From Sulfurihydrogenibium sp. (GTDB taxonomy: Bacteria > Aquificota > Aquificia > Aquificales > Hydrogenothermaceae): a stretch of DNA of 15,902 nt. Position 1 is the stretch's first letter; each line of letters begins with the position of its first letter. The notes below the pieces were generated by a model. It was given only the letters and a program-made list of their open reading frames with translations, did no database searches and was not told the origin of the DNA. Both the position numbers and the translations under genes were made by a program. The DNA lies in the NCBI GenBank assembly GCA_037442825.1, contig JBBIPN010000027.1, positions 1-15,902 on the forward strand, given 5' to 3'. Positions 9,543-15,902 of this stretch are shown here, piece by piece.

Positions 9543-10708
9543 AGATAGTTAAGGTAAACAAACAAGGATATGAAAAAATCATTGCAAAAAATCTATGGAT
9601 ATACAATAAAGAAATTCAATCTTATTCAAAAGATGTAAAAGAAGGTGATATAGTCAAAATCTTCTATAAAGAAAAATTTTTAGCTATTGGTTATATAAAT
9701 CCAAAAAGTAAAATAACAGTAAGAGTACTTGACTTTATCGATAGAGAGATAAACAAAGACTTTTTTATAGAAAGGATAAAAAAAGCATTAACGAAAAGAC
9801 AACATTTAAAACCTATTACAAATGCATATAGAATAATCCATTCAGAAGCTGACTTTTTACCTGGTTTAATAGTAGATTATTATGATGGGTACCTTTCTAT
9901 TCAGATAAACACCTACGGTATGGAAAGATTAAGAAATTTAATTATCCAATCTTTAATAGATGTTATAAATCCAAAAGGTATATATGAAAAATCTGATGAA
10001 AAAAGTCGCCAAAAAGAAGGTCTTGAAACAAAAGAAGATTTAATATTTGGTAATATCCCAGACAGCATTTTAATCTATGAGTATAATGCAAAGTTTAACA
10101 CCTATTTAAAAAGTAGTCAAAAAACTGGTTTTTATTTAGACCAGAGAAAAAATAGAAAAGTTGTTTCTTCATATGTGGAGAGTGGTTTTAAAGTTTTAGA
10201 TCTTTTTAGTAACGCTGGAGGTTTTGGAATACACTGTGGTATAAGCGGTGCTGATTATATAAAGTTTGTTGATATATCTAAATCTGCTATCTACCAGATT
10301 GAAGAAAATATAAAACTAAACAATATAAAAGGCTTTGAGATAATAAAAGAGGATGTTTTTGATTTTCTAAAAAAAGAAAAAAATAAATACAATCTTATAA
10401 TCCTTGACCCACCACCGTTTGCAAAAACAAAACAAGAAAAGGAAGGTGCATTAAGAGGCTATAAATATTTAATCTTAAATAGTTTAAAAATTTTAGAAAG
10501 TGATGGATATTTAGCTGTTTTCTCTTGTTCCCATACTGTTAGTTTTGAAGAAATATTAGATATAACATACCAAAGTTGTAAAGGTACTGGTTTTATTGTT
10601 GAGTTTGTAGAGTTTCTATCTCAAGACGTAGACCATCCTTATATCGTAAATATTCCAAATTCTTTTTATCTAAAAGGTGCTTTGTTTAAAAAATTTAATA
10701 TTTTTTAA
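9539..10708 (+). CDS. RlmI-like class I SAM-dependent rRNA m5C methyltransferase with N-terminal PUA-like domain
   Basis: HSEADFLPGLIVD, QKTGFYLDQRKNR, VLDLFSNAGGFG, ILDPPPFAK and FSCSH (catalytic Cys). Target nucleotide cannot be determined from sequence. Confidence 0.9.
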   Translation: MKIVKVNKQGYEKIIAKNLWIYNKEIQSYSKDVKEGDIVKIFYKEKFLAIGYINPKSKITVRVLDFIDREINKDFFIERIKKALTKRQHLKPITNAYRIIHSEADFLPGLIVDYYDGYLSIQINTYGMERLRNLIIQSLIDVINPKGIYEKSDEKSRQKEGLETKEDLIFGNIPDSILIYEYNAKFNTYLKSSQKTGFYLDQRKNRKVVSSYVESGFKVLDLFSNAGGFGIHCGISGADYIKFVDISKSAIYQIEENIKLNNIKGFEIIKEDVFDFLKKEKNKYNLIILDPPPFAKTKQEKEGALRGYKYLILNSLKILESDGYLAVFSCSHTVSFEEILDITYQSCKGTGFIVEFVEFLSQDVDHPYIVNIPNSFYLKGALFKKFNIF

Positions 10709-10755
10709 GATTTCTTAACAAAATTTAAATAAAACCTTAAAATAAAATTGATAAT
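10703..10755 (+). promoter_or_regulatory. Candidate Pho-box-type promoter of the porin gene
   Basis: ATTTCTTAACAAAA at 10710-10723 is identical to 12075-12088. Hexamers recur at 11-bp spacing: TTAACA 10715, TAAATA 10726, TTAAAA 10737, TTGATA 10748. A -10-like GATAAT lies at 10750-10755. Confidence 0.6.
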
Positions 10756-10789
10756 ATTTTTCTGAAAAAATTTTATAGGAGGAAAAGTT

Positions 10790-12040
10790 ATGAGAAAACA
10801 CTTGTTAATGCTTGTAGTAGTAGGTTCTGTTGGTGTTGTAAACGCTCAAACTGTTGAAAATCCTATTTTAAAAAAGTTAGTTGAGAAAGGAGTTTTAACA
10901 GAAAAAGAAGCTGCAGAGATCGATGAACAGATAGCAAAAGAAGAAGCAGAAAAAGCAAAGTATCAAGCAGAGATAGACAAAACTGCTATGGAAACAAAAG
11001 AAAAATTATCTAAGTTAGAAAAAAAATGGGGAAATATACCTTCAGTTGTAGGAAAGTTTAAAAAGTTTGAAATAGGTGGAAAAGCTTATTTAGGATATAC
11101 ATACACTGATAATAAAACAAAAAATGATAATGGTGATTTTGAAGCAAGAAGATTCTATCTTGATACAAAGTCTTATATATCAGATAAAGATTATATAAGA
11201 TTTACAACAGATTTAGTGGGTGGTAGTTCAGATTATAAACTAAAAATTAAGTATGGTTATCTATACAAAGATATATATAATATTATTCCTCACACTGGAT
11301 TGGAGTTTGGTATAGTACATACACCTTGGATAGATTATGAAGAACATTCTGGTTGGTGGTATAGAAGTATTGATAAAACATTCGTAGAATCAGGTAACGG
11401 TGTTGGACTTTGGCCTTCTGGAGATTTAGGATTAAACTTTAAAACAAAAACTCCTTACATTACTTCAGAGATAGGATTTTTTAACGGAGAAGGTTATGAT
11501 AAGATAAATACAAACACTAATAACTCTGGACCTATTCATAACTCTGTAGAAGGTAGAGTTACTTACCATATTTTTGGAAATGGAGATAAAAAAGTTAACC
11601 CTACAAAAGATAGTTATGCAAACATATCAGTTCATTTAGCATCTAATTTAGGCTATAAAGATACATATTCATCTCATAAAAACTTAAATGTTTACCATAT
11701 CCATGCTGTCTACAACAATCCAATGTTTTTATTGGCTGGTCAGTACGTAAAAACTGATTACAACTCACATTCTGAACAATCTGGAGACGGTTATAGTGCA
11801 AATTTAGAAGTAAGACCAATAGAAAACTGGTCTTTAGTTGGAAGATATGACCATTGGGAAGCTAACAATAAAGTTCTTACAGGAGCATCAGATAAAAGAG
11901 ATGTGTATTACTTAGGTGTTGCTTATACGATGAATAAATACATTAAGTGGATAGCAAACGTTATAAATACAGATTATAATAATGGAAAAACTAGCAGTGA
12001 TAACACTAAATACATGATAACTGCTGAACTAAGCTGGTAA
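10790..12040 (+). CDS. Outer-membrane beta-barrel porin, OprO/OprP-like (putative phosphate-selective), with N-terminal helical extension
   Basis: Signal peptide ending VNA|Q, a charged helical segment, then amphipathic beta strands. FEARRFYL, GDLGL and EIGFFNGEG resemble OprO/P-superfamily motifs; the C-terminus is aromatic (MITAELSW). Directly upstream of pstS, with an AGGAGG RBS. Confidence 0.8.
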   Translation: MRKHLLMLVVVGSVGVVNAQTVENPILKKLVEKGVLTEKEAAEIDEQIAKEEAEKAKYQAEIDKTAMETKEKLSKLEKKWGNIPSVVGKFKKFEIGGKAYLGYTYTDNKTKNDNGDFEARRFYLDTKSYISDKDYIRFTTDLVGGSSDYKLKIKYGYLYKDIYNIIPHTGLEFGIVHTPWIDYEEHSGWWYRSIDKTFVESGNGVGLWPSGDLGLNFKTKTPYITSEIGFFNGEGYDKINTNTNNSGPIHNSVEGRVTYHIFGNGDKKVNPTKDSYANISVHLASNLGYKDTYSSHKNLNVYHIHAVYNNPMFLLAGQYVKTDYNSHSEQSGDGYSANLEVRPIENWSLVGRYDHWEANNKVLTGASDKRDVYYLGVAYTMNKYIKWIANVINTDYNNGKTSSDNTKYMITAELSW

Positions 12041-12066
12041 TGTATCTTATGAGTAAGGGAGAGAAA

Positions 12067-12122
12067 TTGTTAGAATTTCTTAACAAAAAAATAATAAAGT
12101 TTTTAAAATATTTTTATAAAAT
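12067..12122 (+). promoter_or_regulatory. Candidate Pho-box-type promoter of pstS
   Basis: ATTTCTTAACAAAA at 12075-12088. Hexamers at 11-bp spacing: TTAACA 12080, ATAATA 12091, TTTAAA 12102, TTTATA 12113. A -10-like TAAAAT lies at 12117-12122. Confidence 0.6.
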
Positions 12123-12154
12123 TAGGTAAAGACTTAAAAAGGAGGTTTTAAAAA

Positions 12155-13156
12155 ATGGTAAAAGTTAAAAAATTAGCTATAGCTGGACTTTTAGGTGCAT
12201 CAACGGTTGTTTTTGCAGCTAACTTAACTGGTGCAGGTTCAACATTTGTATACCCTATAATATCTGCATGGGCTTATAAGTATGAACAAGGAACAGGTGT
12301 AAAGGTAAATTACCAATCTATTGGTTCAGGTGGTGGAATAAGACAGATAGAAAACAGAACTGTAGATTTCGGAGCATCAGATGCACCATTAAAACCAGAA
12401 GAGTTATCTCAAAAAAAGCTCTTCCAATTTCCTGTTGTTATAGGTGGCGTTGTTCCAACTTACAACTTGCCAGAAATAAAGACTCCTTTAAATTTTGATG
12501 GTAAAGTCCTCTGTGATATTTATATGGGTAAAATTACAAAATGGAATGACCCATACTTAAAACAACTTAACCCTGGTGTAAATTTACCAGATAGAAATAT
12601 TACAGTAGTTCATAGGTCTGATGGCTCTGGTACTACCTGGATATGGACAAACTACTTATCAAAAGTTTGTCCTGAGTGGAACAGTCAAGTAGGATTTGGA
12701 ACATCTGTCAAATGGCCTGCAGGTATAGGTGGAAAAGGAAATGAAGGAGTAGCAAACTATACTAAGAGAATGAGAGGAGCTATAGGATACGTAGAGTATA
12801 TATACGCTAAACAAAATAATTTACCTGTTGGAAAAGTTAAAAATAGAGAAGGTAGTTTTGTTGCTCCATCTCCCAAAACTTTCCAAGCTGCAGCTGAAAA
12901 TGCAAAGTGGGATAAAAAACAACATTTTTACTACGTATTAACAGATCAACCAGGTAAAGATTCATATCCAATAACAGGTGGGGTATTTATACTTCTTGCA
13001 AAGGAAAGACAAGAAAGCAATAAAAATTCTGTCAAGTTTTTTGACTGGGCATTTAAAAATGGAGATCAAGAAGCTTTGAGATTACAGTATATTCCACTTC
13101 CACAAAATGTTAAAGATTTAATTAAGTCATATTGGAAAGAAAACGGTTTAATGTAA
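12155..13156 (+). CDS. pstS: Phosphate ABC transporter periplasmic substrate-binding protein PstS
   Basis: Signal peptide (VFA|A, no lipobox); GAGSTFVYP, YQSIGSGGG, DFGASDAPL, HRSDGSGTT, GKGNEGV, SYPI. Confidence 0.98.
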   Translation: MVKVKKLAIAGLLGASTVVFAANLTGAGSTFVYPIISAWAYKYEQGTGVKVNYQSIGSGGGIRQIENRTVDFGASDAPLKPEELSQKKLFQFPVVIGGVVPTYNLPEIKTPLNFDGKVLCDIYMGKITKWNDPYLKQLNPGVNLPDRNITVVHRSDGSGTTWIWTNYLSKVCPEWNSQVGFGTSVKWPAGIGGKGNEGVANYTKRMRGAIGYVEYIYAKQNNLPVGKVKNREGSFVAPSPKTFQAAAENAKWDKKQHFYYVLTDQPGKDSYPITGGVFILLAKERQESNKNSVKFFDWAFKNGDQEALRLQYIPLPQNVKDLIKSYWKENGLM

Positions 13157-13182
13157 ATTCTTCATGTTTAACCTCCCTTTTT

Positions 13183-13210
13183 AAGCCCTACTTTAACAGT
13201 AGGGTTTTTT
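13183..13210 (+). terminator. Intrinsic terminator / stabilising hairpin between pstS and pstC
   Basis: Stem AAGCCCTACT (13183-13192), loop TTAAC, AGTAGGGTTT (13198-13207) with one G-U pair; the T-tract runs to 13210. Confidence 0.8.
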
Positions 13211-13256
13211 GTTAAAATATATAAAAAAAAGTGGAATTATTGATTGAGGTTATAAA

Positions 13257-14189
13257 ATGCAAAAATCTTATACTATAGAAAAGATAGTTAAAAATATATT
13301 AAGAGCCTCTGCTGTATTTATTGGATTTATACTACCTTTGATTATATTTATCGTCTTATTTAAAGAGTCATATTTAGCTTTACAACATTTCGGAATAAAA
13401 TTCTTTTTATCTTCAGATTGGGATCCAGTTCAAAATAACTTTGGTGGATTCGTTCCATTGATAGGCACACTTATAGCTACATTTTTATCAACTTTGTTTG
13501 CAGCTCCAATTTCTATTGGTATAGCTATATTTTTAGTTGAGTTGTCTCCAAATAAACTAAAACCCATATTTTCTACTGCTATTGAACTACTTGCTGGAAT
13601 ACCAAGTATTATTTATGGAATGTGGGGACTTTTTGTTATAGCACCTATTTTTGGGGAAAAGATTGAACCTTGGCTTCAGGAAAAGTTCGGAAATTTACCA
13701 CTGATTGGTAAGTTTTTTGATGGAGCTTCTACAGGTGTAGATGTTTTAACTACTTCACTAGTATTAGGTATAATGATAATACCTTTTATGAGTTCAGTTG
13801 TTAAAGATGCTTTTAATATGGTTCCTCCAATTATGAAAGAATCAGCTTACGCACTTGGAGCTACAAAATGGGAAGTTATAAAACAAGTAATGATACCAAT
13901 AACAGCATCAAGTATAGCAGGTGGCCTTATACTTAGTGTTGGAAGAGCATTAGGCGAAACTATGGCAGTTACATTTTTAGCAGGAAACGTAAACCAGATA
14001 CCAAAATCACTTTTAGATCCATTTACAACAATAACTGTAGCATTAGCAAACCAATTTACAGAAGCAGATACACCTTTGTATCTTTCATCCTTATACCTTT
14101 TAGCTTTGATACTTTTTATAATGTCATTTATAATCTTATATCTTTCAAAGTTAATGTTGCTTAGATTAGAAAGAAAATGGAAGGTATGA
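13257..14189 (+). CDS. pstC: Phosphate ABC transporter permease PstC
   Basis: WDPV...FGG, IELLAGIPSIIYGMWGLF, ESAYALGATKWE (EAA loop), GRALGETMAV. Confidence 0.97.
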   Translation: MQKSYTIEKIVKNILRASAVFIGFILPLIIFIVLFKESYLALQHFGIKFFLSSDWDPVQNNFGGFVPLIGTLIATFLSTLFAAPISIGIAIFLVELSPNKLKPIFSTAIELLAGIPSIIYGMWGLFVIAPIFGEKIEPWLQEKFGNLPLIGKFFDGASTGVDVLTTSLVLGIMIIPFMSSVVKDAFNMVPPIMKESAYALGATKWEVIKQVMIPITASSIAGGLILSVGRALGETMAVTFLAGNVNQIPKSLLDPFTTITVALANQFTEADTPLYLSSLYLLALILFIMSFIILYLSKLMLLRLERKWKV

Positions 14190-15022
14190 ATATGATAAAA
14201 AGAAAGATAGAAAATTATATATTCTTAACATTATCAGCATTTTCAGCATTTACAGGACTTTTCTTTTTAATATGGATTCTTGGAGACTTACTTATAAATG
14301 GTATAAAGTTTATAAATTTAGATTTATTTACAAAAGATCCAGTACCACCAGGAATGGAAGGTGGTGGTTTAAAACATGCATTTATTGGGCATATTTTAAT
14401 AACATTCTTTGGTACATTGATAGGTGTTCCTGTTGGAATACTTGCAGGTATATACTTTTCTGAATATGGTCATAACTCCAAGATTTTTAGAATTGCAAGA
14501 AATATCGTTGATATAATGGTAAGTAATCCATCTATTGTAATAGGTGCAGTTGTTTATGCTATCTTAGTTAAACCTTTTGGTCATTTTATGGGAATAGCTG
14601 GTTCTGTTGCTTTAGCTCTACTTATGGTTCCAGTAATTGTTATTACAACTAATGAGATGATGAAACTTGTAACTAAGGAAACAAGGGAAGCAGCGTATGC
14701 ACTTGGAGCTCAACCTTATCAAGTAAGTTTCAACATAGTACTTAAAGCTGCTAAGGTTGGTGTTTTAACTGGTGTTATCCTTGGTGTTGCAAGAATATCT
14801 GGAGAAACAGCACCGTTACTTTTTACAGCATTTAACAACAACTTTACAACCTTCAATATAAATCAACCTATGGCTTCCCTTACAGTTACAATTTTCCAAT
14901 ATGCTATGGGACCATACGATGAATGGCACATGCAAGCATGGGCTGCTTCATTTTTACTAACGTTTGGCGTTTTAATTGTGTCGATAGTTGCAAGATATAT
15001 TATTCAAAGGAATAAACATTAA
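14186..15022 (+). CDS. pstA: Phosphate ABC transporter permease PstA
   Basis: GGGLKHAFIG, PSIVIG, REAAYALGA, ARISGETAPLLFT, AWAA. Start placed at 14186 (ATGA overlap with the pstC stop, GGAAGG upstream) rather than the in-frame 14177 of the ORF track. Confidence 0.96.
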   Translation: MNMIKRKIENYIFLTLSAFSAFTGLFFLIWILGDLLINGIKFINLDLFTKDPVPPGMEGGGLKHAFIGHILITFFGTLIGVPVGILAGIYFSEYGHNSKIFRIARNIVDIMVSNPSIVIGAVVYAILVKPFGHFMGIAGSVALALLMVPVIVITTNEMMKLVTKETREAAYALGAQPYQVSFNIVLKAAKVGVLTGVILGVARISGETAPLLFTAFNNNFTTFNINQPMASLTVTIFQYAMGPYDEWHMQAWAASFLLTFGVLIVSIVARYIIQRNKH

Positions 15023-15034
15023 TGGAGGAAATTT

Positions 15035-15796
15035 ATGTCTGAAAATGTTAAGATAGAGGTTAAAAACTTAAATTTTTACTATGTACAGAAGCAAGCTTTA
15101 AAAAATATCAGTATGAAAATCTATGAGAAAAAAGTAGTAGCCTTAATTGGACCATCTGGATGTGGTAAAACAACACTTCTAAGATGTTTTAATAGAATTC
15201 ATGACCTTTATCCTGGAAATAGATATGAAGGTGAGATATTGCTTGATGGTAAAAATATACTTGATAAAGATGTAGATTTAATGGATTTAAGAAGGAAAGT
15301 TGGAATGGTTTTTCAGAAACCTACACCGTTTCCAATGTCTATTTTTGATAATGTAGCATATGGATTGAAACTCCAAGGTATAAAAAATAAAACAGAGCTT
15401 AAAGATAGAGTAGAAGAAGCATTAAAAGAGTCTGCACTATGGGAAGAAGTGAAAGATAGATTAAACACTTCTGCCTTTTCTCTTTCTGGTGGTCAACAAC
15501 AAAGACTTTGTATAGCGAGAGCTGTAGCTGTTAAACCGGAAGTTATACTATTTGATGAACCTACTTCAGCATTAGACCCCATTTCAACATCAAAAATAGA
15601 AGAACTTATTGTAAAATTAAAAGAAAATCATACAATAATTATTGTCACTCATAATATGCAACAAGCAGCAAGAGTTTCAGATTATACAGCATTTATGTAT
15701 TTAGGTGAACTTATTGAATTTGATCAAACAGATATTATATTTACTAATCCAAGTAAAAAATTAACAGAAGACTACATATCTGGTAAATTTGGATAA
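15035..15796 (+). CDS. pstB: Phosphate ABC transporter ATP-binding protein PstB
   Basis: GPSGCGKT (Walker A), [56 protein letters not shown], ends YISGKFG. Confidence 0.98.
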   Translation: MSENVKIEVKNLNFYYVQKQALKNISMKIYEKKVVALIGPSGCGKTTLLRCFNRIHDLYPGNRYEGEILLDGKNILDKDVDLMDLRRKVGMVFQKPTPFPMSIFDNVAYGLKLQGIKNKTELKDRVEEALKESALWEEVKDRLNTSAFSLSGGQQQRLCIARAVAVKPEVILFDEPTSALDPISTSKIEELIVKLKENHTIIIVTHNMQQAARVSDYTAFMYLGELIEFDQTDIIFTNPSKKLTEDYISGKFG

Positions 15797-15811
15797 TAAA
15801 GGAGGAATTAG

Positions 15812-15902
15812 ATGTTAATACAACCAAGGTTAGAAGAAATAAGAGAAAAATTACTAAAAATGGCAGAAATTGCAGAAAATATGGTAGATTACGCTGTAAA
15901 AT
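15812..15902 (+). CDS. phoU: Phosphate signalling protein PhoU, N-terminal fragment (runs off the window)
   Basis: AAGGAGG RBS then ATG at 15812: MLIQPRLEEIREKLLKMAEIAENMVDYAVN, which fits the PhoU first helix (L..L...LL.M....E.M...A). Located immediately after pstB. Confidence 0.85.
   Translation, partial: MLIQPRLEEIREKLLKMAEIAENMVDYAVK

Noticed and set aside
3702..10708. Idea that the beta-CASP nuclease, UDG and methyltransferase form an anti-phage defence system
   Set aside because: All three match ordinary housekeeping families, are interspersed with thiG and glgA, and show no compositional shift or mobile-element context.
13148..13165. Minus-strand micro-ORF MKNLH* behind a strong GGGAGG RBS
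   Set aside because: Only five codons, overlapping the pstS stop, with no evidence of a minus-strand promoter. Not called as a CDS; the signal is discussed as an anti-SD element instead.
14177..14185. Longer pstA start at 14177
   Set aside because: The in-frame ATG at 14186 gives a canonical ATGA coupling with pstC and has a purine-rich RBS-like sequence upstream.
3116..14463. Other short nested or out-of-frame ORFs in the track (3116-3337, 3780-3965, 5591-5842, 6012-6194, 9093-9293, 9184-9405, 14272-14463)
   Set aside because: All lie inside confidently assigned genes and have no recognisable motifs.
1..15902. CRISPR arrays, tRNA/rRNA genes, IS elements, TPP riboswitch
   Set aside because: The longest intergenic gaps are only about 80-115 bp, and none showed spaced repeats, cloverleaf or GC-rich structural RNA character. 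No transposase or integrase ORF is present.

Overview
An AT-rich (roughly 30% GC by eye), gene-dense bacterial chromosomal window. The compact, functionally mixed gene order and the protein sequences suggest a diderm thermophile such as Aquificota (inference). Contents in order: the 3' end of nadA, converging on glnE (minus strand); a tightly packed plus-strand run of a DsbD_2/TauE-like membrane protein, a beta-CASP metallo-beta-lactamase nuclease, thiG, a GalT-like nucleotidyltransferase, glgA, a DUF4912-like protein, a family-4 uracil-DNA glycosylase and an RlmI-like methyltransferase; then a phosphate-uptake locus (OprO/P-like porin, pstS, pstC, pstA, pstB, 5' end of phoU). No mobile elements, CRISPR arrays, rRNA or tRNA genes were seen. 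The most interesting signals are: (i) an anti-Shine-Dalgarno/anti-start-codon tract in the pstS 3' UTR that complements the pstS ribosome-binding site; (ii) an identical 14-bp motif exactly 80 bp upstream of both the porin and pstS start codons; (iii) a closely coupled galT-like/glgA/DUF4912 glycogen module with no glgC in the window; (iv) a perfect 10-bp inverted repeat in the glnE divergent intergenic region.
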